Part shown: positions 20,017-30,860 of the stretch, piece after piece
Layout of the letters: each line of letters starts with the position of its first letter
Position numbering within the stretch: position 1 is the stretch's first letter
From: Nitrosopumilus sp.
Lineage (GTDB): Archaea; Thermoproteota; Nitrososphaeria; Nitrososphaerales; Nitrosopumilaceae
Direction of reading: 5' to 3'
Length of the DNA stretch: 64,000 nucleotides
NCBI GenBank assembly: GCA_965218695.1
Contig: OZ244651.1
Coordinates: forward strand, 320,001-384,000
The notes under the pieces: generated by a model
Told to the model about the DNA's origin: nothing
The model's input: the letters and a program-made list of their open reading frames with translations, nothing else
Database searches by the model: none
Translations under genes and position numbers: made by a program

Positions 20017-21570
20017 TCACTTGGTACTGTCTGCACTCTTGCCTGCAGCAACAGCCGCCGCCCCAGTGCTTGCCGGTGGTGGAAGAACCTTGGTCTCTAC
20101 TACGATGTCGCCTACTTTGGGCACATCCTCAGAGTCCAGCTTGGGCTGCGTTGCCAGTTCGGACAGTTTTGGCTTTTCGACCATTATTGATGCAGGTGCC
20201 GGTGGCGGGACGCTCTTCTCCTGGCTCATGCCATACCTGTACACGTGGAAGAACGCTGCAAAGACCAGCAGTATTATTCCCACAAAGAACAGCGAGACGT
20301 TCTGCATGCCTGTCAGGGCGGCGTTGTATGCTGCAATGTTCAGGAAGACCTGGAATGCCAGCAGTGCCACAAGCACCCAGTTTATCCACTTTTCAGAAAA
20401 GTTGATGGTGGAAACCTTCTGCGGTCCGGTCTTTTTGGCAAGCTTTGACTTGCGCTCGGCCTCGTTTGCAAGCTTTATCATCATATAGGTGAACCCGAAT
20501 CCCAGCGGGACGAGCAGGATCATGGTACCGTAGAAGAATATGGGATCGATTACAAGGCGTTCCACCAGCGGAATCGAGATGTCCGGCGATATGTAGAAGC
20601 CCCAGTAGGTAGTCACCATTATCTGGGCCAGGCTGGTGATTCCAAAGGCCGTGATTATGGGTCGGTCCCTCCACGAGAACTTCTTGTACCGGTCTATGAA
20701 CGGTATCAGTATGAACGATATTATGAACAGCAACGGCCACAACAACCCGGTAACAAACTTGTCATACTGCGTCCGCATGAAGGCATAGATTCCAGTAAGG
20801 TACCATTCGGGAACGGTGACTCCGGGTGCGACTGACGGTTCAAACTTGAAGCCCAGGTCGATTGGAAACACACCTCCTGTAATCAGAATGGCCCCTGAAA
20901 TTGCCATGACCATCGGGACGTCAAACACCAGAAACCGCGGGAAGTGGACAGCCATGAGCCCCAGCATCACTATCGGGAGTAAGAAGACATGCTGGGCATA
21001 AAACCGCAATACAAAGTCGGAGAATCCGCTGCCAAGCGCAGCGTCCCGTATGAGCGGTCCCACCACGGGTATCGACGTGGTCAGCGACGCGGCAATGCTG
21101 ATGGCAAGCTCGGCCCTTTCACTGAATATCACATCGTACCCGGTAAAGGCCTCAAGGATTGTGACCACGCCAAGTATGACGCCGGTCATCCAGAGCACCT
21201 CGTTGCGTATCTTGTACCTCCCGCTGAAGTACTGGTAGTACATGTGAAGCACAGCAAGGAGCACCATGGCGTTGGATCCGTGATAGTGGATGTTTCTTAT
21301 GTGGAACCCGAATGGGACGTCGTCGTTGATGAACTGGACGCTGTCCCAGGCCCGGTCAAGTATGGGCTGATAGTAGAACATTAGAAGGGCGCCTGAGACA
21401 CCCAGTATGATAAAGACGATAAACGTAAGCATCCCAAGGAACCCGAACGGGCTTACAAACCTTGCCGGAAACGAGAACTTGATGGCGGTAAATATGGTCC
21501 TGTCTATGCCGTCCCAAAGCCAGTAGAAGAAGGCTACTACCCCTGTCCTTCTCTCAAGCGAAACGGCCAT
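20017..21570 (-). CDS. petB: Cytochrome b subunit of complex III
   Basis: RNIHYH, LHM, AQHV...VHF heme-ligand region, PEWY motif, many TM helices. Confidence 0.93.
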   Translation of the reverse strand: MAVSLERRTGVVAFFYWLWDGIDRTIFTAIKFSFPARFVSPFGFLGMLTFIVFIILGVSGALLMFYYQPILDRAWDSVQFINDDVPFGFHIRNIHYHGSNAMVLLAVLHMYYQYFSGRYKIRNEVLWMTGVILGVVTILEAFTGYDVIFSERAELAISIAASLTTSIPVVGPLIRDAALGSGFSDFVLRFYAQHVFLLPIVMLGLMAVHFPRFLVFDVPMVMAISGAILITGGVFPIDLGFKFEPSVAPGVTVPEWYLTGIYAFMRTQYDKFVTGLLWPLLFIISFILIPFIDRYKKFSWRDRPIITAFGITSLAQIMVTTYWGFYISPDISIPLVERLVIDPIFFYGTMILLVPLGFGFTYMMIKLANEAERKSKLAKKTGPQKVSTINFSEKWINWVLVALLAFQVFLNIAAYNAALTGMQNVSLFFVGIILLVFAAFFHVYRYGMSQEKSVPPPAPASIMVEKPKLSELATQPKLDSEDVPKVGDIVVETKVLPPPASTGAAAVAAGKSADSTK

Positions 21571-22159
21571 ATCCAATTACTCCGTTTTCGTGTGCGGTAA
21601 AGCTCGGCGGCAGTATGAAGATGAGTCCAGACGGTTCTACCTCAAGGGTGAGCTTTGGCAGCGTGTTTGATGGGGACGCCTGTACTGATGCAGGACCAAG
21701 AAATGCCGTTCCAGTGTCAGGGCTGTACATGGAACCATGACACGGACACTCGCCTCTCTTCCTGCCCTCATCGGGCCAGTACTTCCACAGGCACCACAGG
21801 TGGAGGCAGATCATGCTGAATACCCGGAGCGAGGAGATGTCGTTGTTTGCTCCCCCGAGCTCTTCGGGTAGCCTGATGAACTGCCACTTTCTAAACGCCT
21901 CTGCGTCAAGTGCCGGATCGCCGGTTGCAGGATAGGTGATGACATCTGCGGTGTTTATCGGGTATGTGTTGAGGTTGGCCTGCGTGCCATCCGGCAGTAT
22001 TACCGGGACCTTTTCAAGGGATGCCTGGTTTGGGTTGGGCATAAAGTTGCCAAACGGCACAAAAGGCGCAAAGGCCAGTCCTGTACCTGCAGCGCCGATC
22101 AGTTTCAGAAAGTCTCTTCGGGACAATCCGGAGGACTTTTTTGTTCCTAATTCCGACAT
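21554..22159 (-). CDS. Rieske [2Fe-2S] protein with Tat signal
   Basis: SRRDFLK, CLHLWC, CPCHGS. Confidence 0.94.
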   Translation of the reverse strand: MSELGTKKSSGLSRRDFLKLIGAAGTGLAFAPFVPFGNFMPNPNQASLEKVPVILPDGTQANLNTYPINTADVITYPATGDPALDAEAFRKWQFIRLPEELGGANNDISSLRVFSMICLHLWCLWKYWPDEGRKRGECPCHGSMYSPDTGTAFLGPASVQASPSNTLPKLTLEVEPSGLIFILPPSFTAHENGVIGYGRFA

Positions 22160-22298
22160 CCAAGTTCACATACCCGCCAATTTGGTTATAAACCTTGTTT
22201 AAGAGGGCTCTCAAGTTATCGGCACCTGTCGTTATTGTGTCGACTGTGTCTTATCAAGTGGCTTTATAACAAAACGGCACCATGAATTCCAAAGTCCA

Positions 22299-23102
22299 CT
22301 ACAACCTCACAGGAATTCCCCGCCCCTCCAGATACCTCTTGACGCCTTCCACCCCATATGACCTGTAATGGAATATGGATGCTGCAAGTGCTGCATCAAC
22401 CCCGGTGCTCTCAAAGACGTCTGCCATGTCTGAAGGGCTGCCGCAGCCGCCGGAGGCAATGACGGGAATCGAGACTGCATCCACGATCGACTTTGTGAGT
22501 AGGGTGTCATAGCCGTTCTTGGTGCCGTCCCGGTCTATGCTGGTAAGGAGTATCTCGCCTGCACCAAGGCCCTGCACCTGTTTTGCCCAAGATACTGCAT
22601 CAATCCCGGTCTCCCTGCTCCCCCCGTACACAAACACCTCAAACCAGAACTCCCTGCCATCCTCGCAGAATACGGTGGTTCCGTCCTTTGGGGAATAGTT
22701 GCGTTTGGCATCGACTGCCACCACCACGCACTGCCTCCCAAAGAGACCCATCAGTTCAGTCACCAGTCCCGGGTTCCTTACCGCCCCGGTGTTTATCCCG
22801 ACCTTGTCTGCGCCGTTCAGCAGTATTCCTCTTGCATCCTCAAGGGACGAGACCCCGCCGCCGACTGTAAACGGGATATCAAGAACCGATGCCACCCCCC
22901 GCACAAGATCCCGTATGGTCTTGCGGCCCTCGCCGGATGCCGTAATGTCCAGAAACACCAGCTCGTCTGCCCCCTCTTGGCCGTATCGCCTTGCAAGGTC
23001 CACAGGATCGCCTGCGTCTCTGATGGATTCAAAGTGGAGCCCCTTGACGACTCTGCCGTCCCGCACATCAAGGCACGGTATTATCCGCTTGGTCAGCGCC
23101 AT
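22299..23102 (-). CDS. hisF: Imidazole glycerol phosphate synthase cyclase subunit
   Basis: [37 protein letters not shown]. Confidence 0.96.
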   Translation of the reverse strand: MALTKRIIPCLDVRDGRVVKGLHFESIRDAGDPVDLARRYGQEGADELVFLDITASGEGRKTIRDLVRGVASVLDIPFTVGGGVSSLEDARGILLNGADKVGINTGAVRNPGLVTELMGLFGRQCVVVAVDAKRNYSPKDGTTVFCEDGREFWFEVFVYGGSRETGIDAVSWAKQVQGLGAGEILLTSIDRDGTKNGYDTLLTKSIVDAVSIPVIASGGCGSPSDMADVFESTGVDAALAASIFHYRSYGVEGVKRYLEGRGIPVRL

Positions 23103-23800
23103 GCCCCTGCTTCCCCGATTGTAATCTTGCCGTCATACAATGCCCGTCCCAGTATAACCCCCGAGGCACCTGCCCTCATGACCTGTTCCACATCATGCAC
23201 GCCGGATATCCCGCCGCTTGCAATGATGTGTGCCCCTTCCAGTTTGCACAGCTGTGCAAGGTAGTCAAGCTCGGGTCCCTTCAGCGTCCCGTCGCGACCC
23301 ACATCAGTCACAAGAAACTCTGTAAACCCGATGTCTAAAAACCCCTTCAGGGCATCCACAAGTGCTATTCCGGCGGATTTCTGCCACCCGCGGGTCACCA
23401 CGACTCCGTTCCGGTGATCAGCAGATATCACGATGCGATCAGGGCCCGGCGACGCATTCAGTTCTCTCAGAATGGCTGCATCCTCAAATGCCAGCGTACC
23501 TATTACGGCCCTGCCTGCCACGTCGGTTGCTGTGCGGACGGATTCTGCATTCCGCAGGCCGCCTGCAACCTGCACCGGAATCGAGACTGCATCCAATATG
23601 CTCCGGATTATGCCTGAGTTGGAGCCATGTCCCAGAGTGGCATCAAGATCCACCAGGTGCAGCATGTCAGCACCCTGCCTCTCCCACTCCCGGGCAACTG
23701 CGACAGGATCATTTCCGTAGACGGTCTTGCGTTCTGGATCCCCTTGGTACAGCCGTACCACCTGGCCTTCCATCAGATCGATTGCAGGAATTATCATCAT
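23093..23800 (-). CDS. hisA: ProFAR isomerase
   Basis: [33 protein letters not shown]. Confidence 0.95.
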   Translation of the reverse strand: MMIIPAIDLMEGQVVRLYQGDPERKTVYGNDPVAVAREWERQGADMLHLVDLDATLGHGSNSGIIRSILDAVSIPVQVAGGLRNAESVRTATDVAGRAVIGTLAFEDAAILRELNASPGPDRIVISADHRNGVVVTRGWQKSAGIALVDALKGFLDIGFTEFLVTDVGRDGTLKGPELDYLAQLCKLEGAHIIASGGISGVHDVEQVMRAGASGVILGRALYDGKITIGEAGAWR

Positions 23801-24396
23801 CGCTTACACACATCAAGAAAGTTGCTTATCATCTGCCGCCCCACGGCCCCTGACTTTTCAGGATGAAACTGCGTCCCAAACAGGTTGTCCTGCTCCACCA
23901 CTGCAGGAACACTGATGCCATAGTCTGATGCTGCAGTTATCACACCGGCAGGATCAGGCCGTGCCATGTACGAATGGACAAAGTACACCCAAGAGCCGTC
24001 CTCAATTCCGTCAAGCAGCCTTCCTGGCCGCACCGTCTCAAGGCTGTTCCACCCCATGTGGGGCACCTTCATCACGGGGGGAAGGACTGCCACGTCTCCG
24101 CCCATCACGCCAAGGCCTGACTCGCTGCCTTCCTGACTGCTCTCAAAGAAGATCTCCATTCCAAGGCATATCCCAAGGACCGGCATCCCGTCTACATATT
24201 TGGTGAATTTCGTGCTGGATCCGATGCTGCGCACCGCAGGATCAAAGTGGCCCACACCCGGAAGGAGCAATCCCGAGTACGTGTTGGGCTCTTCAAAGTT
24301 TGTAATGACGTCGACTGTGGCCCCTGCCTTCTCAAGTGAATGCCTGAGGCTGAATATGTTTCCTGCTCCGTAGTCAAATATTGCAACATGCGTCAT
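23797..24396 (-). CDS. hisH: Imidazole glycerol phosphate synthase glutaminase subunit
   Basis: DYGAGN, LPGVG, GICLG, VPHMGWN, QFHPEKS. Confidence 0.96.
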   Translation of the reverse strand: MTHVAIFDYGAGNIFSLRHSLEKAGATVDVITNFEEPNTYSGLLLPGVGHFDPAVRSIGSSTKFTKYVDGMPVLGICLGMEIFFESSQEGSESGLGVMGGDVAVLPPVMKVPHMGWNSLETVRPGRLLDGIEDGSWVYFVHSYMARPDPAGVITAASDYGISVPAVVEQDNLFGTQFHPEKSGAVGRQMISNFLDVCKR

Positions 24397-24983
24397 CGCA
24401 TAGAACCCTTCGTACTGGGAGGGTCCATGGATACAGCATCCCTGGCGCAGGCCTGCCGAAGCGCCACTGCAAGTGACTTTATTGCAGACTCTGCCTTGTG
24501 GTGGTCGTTGCTCCCGTATCGTACCTCCAAGTGTATGCAGGAGTTCATGTTCTGGAGCAGGGAGAGGAAAAAGTGCTCCAGATCCTCCCGTGCAATCCCC
24601 TCGACGGAGTCACGCTGGAGCGGTAGTGTCAGTTTGGAGAATGGGCGCCTCACCAGATCCACGGCAGCCACTGCAAGGGATTCGTCCATCGGGACAGAGG
24701 CAAGGCCAAACCGCGTTATGCCGTCCCGCTCTCCCAGAGCCTCGTCTAGTGCCTGGCCCAGTGCTATTGCGGCATCCTCTATAAGGTGGTGGACTATTCT
24801 GTCGTTTGATTCTGCCCTTACCTCCAAGTCCAGCATGGCATGTCTGCCAAATGACGTTATAATGTGATCAAGAAAGTCAATCCCGGTGACAATATCGGTG
24901 CTGCCGGTACCGTCGATGTTGACAGATACTGATAGTGCAGTCTCCTTGGTGCCGCGCTGGATGGATGCCTTTCGGGGTTCCAT
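24393..24983 (-). CDS. hisB: Imidazoleglycerol-phosphate dehydratase
   Basis: RGTKET, FLDH, HHLIED, PMDE, NDHHKAE. Confidence 0.95.
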   Translation of the reverse strand: MEPRKASIQRGTKETALSVSVNIDGTGSTDIVTGIDFLDHIITSFGRHAMLDLEVRAESNDRIVHHLIEDAAIALGQALDEALGERDGITRFGLASVPMDESLAVAAVDLVRRPFSKLTLPLQRDSVEGIAREDLEHFFLSLLQNMNSCIHLEVRYGSNDHHKAESAIKSLAVALRQACARDAVSMDPPSTKGSMR

Positions 24984-25058
24984 GGATTCATCATGGTGTC
25001 ATTCCAAATTTAACATCTTCGGAATGACGATTGGTGCAGGGTTGGGAATCTTGCCACC

Positions 25059-25973
25059 CTACTGCAGGTTCAACGCATTTGGAAGGTCCAGTGCCGATTC
25101 AACTATCAAGGCCGCCCCGCCCTTTTCAAACAGATCATGCCGGCGCGTACCGGATCCTGCAATCCCGCAGAACACGGCAGAGTCCACGGCGTCTGCCATC
25201 ATCATGTCTTCTGCAGAGTCCCCCACGTACAGCACCATGCCGCACCCCATGCATTCAATGGCCTCCACAAGGGAGTACGGGTTTGGCTTTGCATATTTGC
25301 GCGGCAGATCCTCAAGAAATTTCGAGCATGGCACATCAAAGTATCTCATCATGTCACCCAGGGTGTACCGGGCAGGTTCGTGCCCCCTTCCGGTCACCAT
25401 CGCCACCTTGGAGCCAAACCGTTGGCGCAGCACATCCATGGTGTAATCGTCAGGAATTATCCGGTCCGAGTCGATCAGGCCTGGATCAGAATGTGTAGAT
25501 TCTGTCCCGAACGCCTTTTTGTACAGGACAGGCCCGTAGAACAGCTCGTTGAACGTGCGATACACCACGCTCCCAAGGCGTCCCTCCGGATAATCCAGTC
25601 GTTCCATGACATCACGCATCCCGTCCACTCCGGCCAGCTGCTCCTCGACTGACCGTATGCCGGTGCAGTCGGCATTGCGTATCACCTCGAATACGTACGC
25701 ATCAGGCTCTCTTCCCAGAGTACTGGCAGCAGTAATACCAAGGATTGCAGCATACGCAAGATCAATCTCGTCGTTGAATCCGCCCGTATCCTTGAATCCC
25801 CCAATCATGGCGTGATTGATGCCTCCCGATACCCCCATGCCATCCAACACGCGCCGCACGGTCTGTATTATTGCAGCACTGTACGACTCTGTGACGTCCA
25901 CCAGCACGCCGTCGCAGTCAAATATGATGCCATCCAGATTCCGGATTACGCCCTTCAAGGTATCATCAGACAC
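25059..25973 (-). CDS. HAD-family hydrolase inside the his cluster (candidate histidinol-phosphatase)
   Basis: FDCDGVL motif I, VTGR, KP, YVGDSAED. Confidence 0.8.
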   Translation of the reverse strand: MSDDTLKGVIRNLDGIIFDCDGVLVDVTESYSAAIIQTVRRVLDGMGVSGGINHAMIGGFKDTGGFNDEIDLAYAAILGITAASTLGREPDAYVFEVIRNADCTGIRSVEEQLAGVDGMRDVMERLDYPEGRLGSVVYRTFNELFYGPVLYKKAFGTESTHSDPGLIDSDRIIPDDYTMDVLRQRFGSKVAMVTGRGHEPARYTLGDMMRYFDVPCSKFLEDLPRKYAKPNPYSLVEAIECMGCGMVLYVGDSAEDMMMADAVDSAVFCGIAGSGTRRHDLFEKGGAALIVESALDLPNALNLQ

Positions 25974-25979
25974 TGGCAG

Positions 25980-27047
25980 TCACCCCAACAGATCACGCAC
26001 GGCAAGCAGAAACTTTGAGTTCATCTCCTTTGTGCCCACAGTTACCCGGAGGCATCCCTCGTACTGCCCTATCCGGCCCAGCCTGCGGATTGAGATTCCC
26101 TGCTCGGCAAGGGCAGAATGAATCCTCTTGTACGCCCCGCCTGCATCAAACAGGACGAAGTTTGCGCTGGAGTCAAAGGCCTCAAAGGAATCGTAGCCTC
26201 TCAGCGTGCGGAGTATTCTGGCCCGCTCTGTCTTTGTCTTCTCTATGGCATTCCTCACAACATCCAGTCTTGCCATAGCCTCGATTCCGGCCTCGAGGGT
26301 TATGGTGCCAAGCGGGTACGGATACTGCAGTATATCGGTAAAGAGGCTGACAATATTTCTGTTTGATATGAAGTATCCCAGTCTGAGCCCTGCAAGTCCG
26401 AATGCCTTTGAAAGCGTCCTGGTCACTATCAGATTCTTCTGCCTCCGGACCAGTCCGGCTACGGTATAGTCTGCAAACTCTCCGTACGCCTCATCAATTA
26501 TTACAAGCCCTTCAAAGGACTTGATCAGCCTGTACAGTTCGGTCTTGGGAAACTGGAATCCTGTGGGGTTGTTCGGGGAGTCAAGGTACAGGATGTCTGT
26601 CTCAGAGAAGTTCCGGGTAAACACCTTTGCATCAAGTTTCATTCCGTCTGAGAACGGCACTTCGACCAGCGGAACAGAGTACAGCCTGCACCTCCTCTCA
26701 AAGAACTCGAACGTGGGATTTGAGACAAGCACCCTGGTGTCAGGGGATGCAAAGTTGGACAGTATTATATCCAGTATCTGATCAGAGCCGTTTCCAACGC
26801 CGATCATCGAGGGCGGAACCCCTGCATACCCGGAGATTGCCTTGATGAGGCGCTCTGGTCCTCCCAGAGGATATTCCCTTACATCAGAACTTTTTCGGGC
26901 CGACTGAATGATCTCGTTTTGGAACTGCTTTGGAATGGAATAGTTCTCGTTGGAATCAAGCTTGACGCTGCCCGGAAACAGATCCGGTTTCTTGTACCCC
27001 GGGATTTCCGAGAGGGTCTCCATTCGTTTCTCGAACCACCCCTTCAT
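25980..27047 (-). CDS. hisC: Histidinol-phosphate aminotransferase
   Basis: LDSNEN, GNGSDQ, SPNNPTG, DEAY, RTLSKAFGLAGLRLG. Confidence 0.95.
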   Translation of the reverse strand: MKGWFEKRMETLSEIPGYKKPDLFPGSVKLDSNENYSIPKQFQNEIIQSARKSSDVREYPLGGPERLIKAISGYAGVPPSMIGVGNGSDQILDIILSNFASPDTRVLVSNPTFEFFERRCRLYSVPLVEVPFSDGMKLDAKVFTRNFSETDILYLDSPNNPTGFQFPKTELYRLIKSFEGLVIIDEAYGEFADYTVAGLVRRQKNLIVTRTLSKAFGLAGLRLGYFISNRNIVSLFTDILQYPYPLGTITLEAGIEAMARLDVVRNAIEKTKTERARILRTLRGYDSFEAFDSSANFVLFDAGGAYKRIHSALAEQGISIRRLGRIGQYEGCLRVTVGTKEMNSKFLLAVRDLLG

Positions 27048-28312
27048 GACAGCCTGCTCCTGACTGCCTCGTAGTGGTTTGGCAGACCCTCTGCACGGGT
27101 CAGTGCCTCAAGGTGCCTTGATATCTTGGATAGTGATTTTTTTGATGCAGATACGTGTGTGGTCAGTTTTACAAAGTCCAACACGGACAGCGAGCCGCGG
27201 GTCTTGCCTTCTCCGTCGGTGGGAAGTATGTGGTTGGATCCAAGCAGGTAGTCGCTTGCAGCAGACGGGGTGTCATGCCCTAGCAGTATCAGGCCGGGGG
27301 TGGTAATCTCAGATGCGATGGATTCCGGGTCTGCAGTTATTATCTGGAGGTGTTCTGGGGCAAGCTCGTTGGCAAGTTCTATCATCATTTTCTTTGTCTT
27401 GCAGACTGCGATGAATCCGTGCGACAGGCTGTCATCCACGTGTTCCATCCGTTCTAGTCCCGGAAGAAGTCCGGGGATCATGCCGTTGACAGCATCTGCC
27501 AGACCATCAGAGGTCGTTATCAGAAAGCACGATGTGTCAGGACTGTGCTCAGCCTGTGATATCAGGTCCAAGGCTACTGTTCTGGGGTCAGCCGTCTCAT
27601 CTGCAATTATGCCAAGCTCTGTAGGCCCTGCAAGCATGTCTATGCCAGTGTACACGGAGATCTGTGCCTTTGCCTCAGTTACAAACGCACTACCGGGTCC
27701 CACTATCTTGTCGACTTTTGGAATGGATTTTGTGCCATACCCCAGGGCCGCAATCGCCTGTGCCCCACCGGTTCTGTAGATCTCAGAGGCACCGCAGACA
27801 TCGGCTGCTACAATTGTCATCGGATCCGGATTACCGTCAGCGCCAGACGGGGAGACCGCCACTATCCTCTTGACGCCTGCCACCCGTGCCGGAGTGATCG
27901 ACATTACAGCAGAGCTTGGATATCTTGCCCTTCCTCCTGGGACATAGCATCCGACGCTCCGAATCGGGATGAATCTTTTGTGTATTGTAATGCCATCGTT
28001 CCTGATGATTTTATCCTTCAAAAGGGACATGACTGTCCTTTCTGTCTTTTCAAGTCTCTCCTTTGCCAGATGTATTGCATCTAGCTGGTCCGTGGATATC
28101 TTCTTGTATGCACTCTTAATCTCTCTTTTGGACAGTCGTAATGAGGATGTCTTTAGGTTGCCAAACGTGTTTTCGTATTGGATTACTGCAGAATCGCCTT
28201 TCTCCCGAACCGCAGTTAGAATTGATTTGATGAGTTCAGCGTACGGCGATATCGGTTCAGGGGAAAATGTTGCCAGGAATTTTTTAGTGCTTGTTACTTT
28301 GACTTTTTCCAT
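27044..28312 (-). CDS. hisD: Histidinol dehydrogenase
   Basis: GCYVPGG, GGAQAI, AGPTE, SQAEH, APEHL, GSNHILPT; start at 28312 (TGATG overlap with hisG stop). Confidence 0.95.
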   Translation of the reverse strand: MEKVKVTSTKKFLATFSPEPISPYAELIKSILTAVREKGDSAVIQYENTFGNLKTSSLRLSKREIKSAYKKISTDQLDAIHLAKERLEKTERTVMSLLKDKIIRNDGITIHKRFIPIRSVGCYVPGGRARYPSSAVMSITPARVAGVKRIVAVSPSGADGNPDPMTIVAADVCGASEIYRTGGAQAIAALGYGTKSIPKVDKIVGPGSAFVTEAKAQISVYTGIDMLAGPTELGIIADETADPRTVALDLISQAEHSPDTSCFLITTSDGLADAVNGMIPGLLPGLERMEHVDDSLSHGFIAVCKTKKMMIELANELAPEHLQIITADPESIASEITTPGLILLGHDTPSAASDYLLGSNHILPTDGEGKTRGSLSVLDFVKLTTHVSASKKSLSKISRHLEALTRAEGLPNHYEAVRSRLS

Positions 28313-29298
28313 CAGTTCTCCTCGTCGCGTTTGATCTCCTCGAGCTCCAGTATCTGCCTTGGCTCGTGGACCACGAGGCCCTGGGCAATCTTTCTTAAAT
28401 GTGGGATTAGTTTGTGGAATTCGTCCTTTCGGATTACGGTGTTGACGCCAAACCATCCGGGTTCGGCAAGCGGGGATACTGTGGGTCTCTTGAGGGACGG
28501 CATCTCCTGCAAAAGCCTCTCAAGGTTCTTCTCCTCTACGTTCAGGTAGATGTGGAGGTACTTTTTGCCGTGCACGGCCCCCCTCAGCAGGGTTACAATG
28601 TCAAATATCTTCCCGCGTTTACCAGTATCCTTTAGGGAGTCCTGGTTTGCAATAAGGTGCGCACTGGATGTGAGGATCTCGTCTGCAATCCTCAGCTTGT
28701 TCTGCCTTAGAGTCGTGCCGGTCTCTGTCACATCAATAATGGCATCCACGTCCTCCGGCGGCTTGGCCTCGGTGGCCCCAAATGAGAGATGAATCTGTAC
28801 TTTTTTGTTCTGGCCCTGGCGAATCCACGGGGTGACGATCATCGGATCCTGGGTGCCGTGGTACTTTTTGTATGACTTTAGCTGCATGACATACCGTGCA
28901 GCAGTGGTTAGATATTCAGAGGATATTCTAAGGGTCCTGTTTCTTCTGGCATAGTCTGCAATCATGGCATCAAGACTACGGTACCTGTGGCTGTCCGGAA
29001 ATGCAACGACAAGCCTGATTGTGCCGTATTCCAGATCCAGCAGCGGATCCACATCGGAGTTGGTCTCCCCGACCCAGTCTTTGCCGGTAATTCCCACGTC
29101 ATAGAGTCCTTCTGCCACCAGTATCGGAATCTCCTGCGGCCTGAGCATCTTGACTACAATCTCAGGATCATCAAGATAGACACGGTACGTGCGGCTCTTT
29201 CTGTCAACACGCGTCCACGACCGCTCAAGCAGCTTAAAGGTGGCAGCCTCCAAGCTTCCCTTGGGGATTGCAAGTCTTACCTTGGACACATACATCAT
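28312..29298 (-). CDS. hisG: ATP phosphoribosyltransferase (long form)
   Basis: AIPKGSL, RPQEIP, GITGKD, GATE, ETGTTL, PTVSPL regulatory domain. Confidence 0.95.
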   Translation of the reverse strand: MMYVSKVRLAIPKGSLEAATFKLLERSWTRVDRKSRTYRVYLDDPEIVVKMLRPQEIPILVAEGLYDVGITGKDWVGETNSDVDPLLDLEYGTIRLVVAFPDSHRYRSLDAMIADYARRNRTLRISSEYLTTAARYVMQLKSYKKYHGTQDPMIVTPWIRQGQNKKVQIHLSFGATEAKPPEDVDAIIDVTETGTTLRQNKLRIADEILTSSAHLIANQDSLKDTGKRGKIFDIVTLLRGAVHGKKYLHIYLNVEEKNLERLLQEMPSLKRPTVSPLAEPGWFGVNTVIRKDEFHKLIPHLRKIAQGLVVHEPRQILELEEIKRDEEN

Positions 29299-29594
29299 GC
29301 TATGGTCTGGGTATATGAGGGTTAAGAGGAGAGCCGGTTGGAATTTCGTACAAAAAATGGCATACGGAATTCATGCAGGAAAGACGATTGGTTCCATGGC
29401 AGATATTTTCTGCCGTGTGTCATCCCACGTAAAGTCCCTTGGCAATGCCGTCAACCTGCCACTTACCGGAAATTGGAATATGGATCCGTTGGTGCTGGTT
29501 CCCCATATCGCTTCATAACACTCCTTCACACCAACGTACATCGTCATGCAGACATGGCATATCCAATGTCGTCGGGAATCTTACCAGTACGGGT

Positions 29595-30857
29595 TCATTC
29601 CTTTAGATCCCTTAGCAGTTCCCTTGCCCTGTCAACTGTAATGTTGCCCTCGTCTGCCATCATTCTGGCAATTCCTTCTATCTTGCCTGGTGCCGCCCCG
29701 GCAGCGGCTGCAATGTTTCTTGCATGCAGTCCCATGTGTCCCTTTTGTATTCCGTCGGTTGCAAGTGCCCGCATTGCGCTGTAGTTCTGCGCAAGGCCAA
29801 CAGAGACCATGACGCATGCAAGATCCTGCACAGACGAGACGCCAAGAATCTTGGAGCATATCCGTGCCACAGGATGAACCTTGACAACGCCGCCGATTAT
29901 CCCCACCGGAAGCGGGATCTCTATCTCTCCTACCAGGTTGCCCTCGCCGTCCTTGGCCCACCTTGTAAGGGAGCGGTACCTGCCTGATCTGGCCGCATAC
30001 GCATGAGCGGCTGCCTCTATTGCCCTGGAGTCCTGCCCCACTGCGTTTGCAACCGATATGATGCCGTTCATCACACCCTTGTTGTGCGTCACGGCCCTGT
30101 ACACATCACAATCGGCAAACTCAAAGGCCAGCACCATGTCATCGACTGTCCCCTCCCCACCCACTGCATCCTTGGCAAAGACCGCCCTTGCCCGTGCCAG
30201 CCTCCTGGTGGAATAGTTGGAGAGTATCCGGAGGAGTGCACGGCCGCCTGTAACCTCCTCTATCAGGGGGGAGACTGCCTCGCACATCGTATTTGTAATG
30301 TTGGCCCCCATAGCATCGCCTGCGTCTATTCCAATCTCCACTATAAGCATCCGTCCCGAGGGGGCGTCAATAATGCGGCAGTCAACATCCCGAGCACCCC
30401 TGCCCATGCCAGAAAGCGTCCTGCTCTGTGAGTTTGCAATGGATATTATCCGGTCTGCAGAATCCTGTATCGCCTGAACCGCCCGGGACATGTCGCAGTC
30501 CAGCACCTGTATCTGGCCTATACTGTAGGACGGGTCAGCCGACGCCTCAAAGCCTCCCATTACCCTTGCAGTCTTGGCGCCCTTGGATGCAGCAGCTATT
30601 ACCGAAGGCTCCTCTATTGCCATCGGAACCAGATGGTCCCGGGAGTTGATACAAAAGTTTGTCGCAATCCCCAGCGGCAGACCGAACGTTCCGATTGCAT
30701 TTTCCACCATCGTCTCGGCCCTCTCAAAGGGCACGCCGCCGTCACCACTCCACAGTACGTCCAGTTCATCCCGGGACAGACCTGCAAAGCCTGCAACCGC
30801 TGCCAGCCTCTCCTGGCGCGACTTTTTAAAGAATCCCGGCATGGACGAGTCTGCCAT
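29595..30857 (-). CDS. HMG-CoA reductase (class II type)
   Basis: ENAIG, EEPSVIAA, DAMGAN, THNKG, GIQKGHM. Confidence 0.93.
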   Translation of the reverse strand: MADSSMPGFFKKSRQERLAAVAGFAGLSRDELDVLWSGDGGVPFERAETMVENAIGTFGLPLGIATNFCINSRDHLVPMAIEEPSVIAAASKGAKTARVMGGFEASADPSYSIGQIQVLDCDMSRAVQAIQDSADRIISIANSQSRTLSGMGRGARDVDCRIIDAPSGRMLIVEIGIDAGDAMGANITNTMCEAVSPLIEEVTGGRALLRILSNYSTRRLARARAVFAKDAVGGEGTVDDMVLAFEFADCDVYRAVTHNKGVMNGIISVANAVGQDSRAIEAAAHAYAARSGRYRSLTRWAKDGEGNLVGEIEIPLPVGIIGGVVKVHPVARICSKILGVSSVQDLACVMVSVGLAQNYSAMRALATDGIQKGHMGLHARNIAAAAGAAPGKIEGIARMMADEGNITVDRARELLRDLKE

Positions 30858-30860
30858 CTC

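Noticed and set aside
28313-28456. 48-aa N-terminal extension of HisD
   Set aside because: Overlaps hisG; the TGATG coupling at 28312 gives a better start
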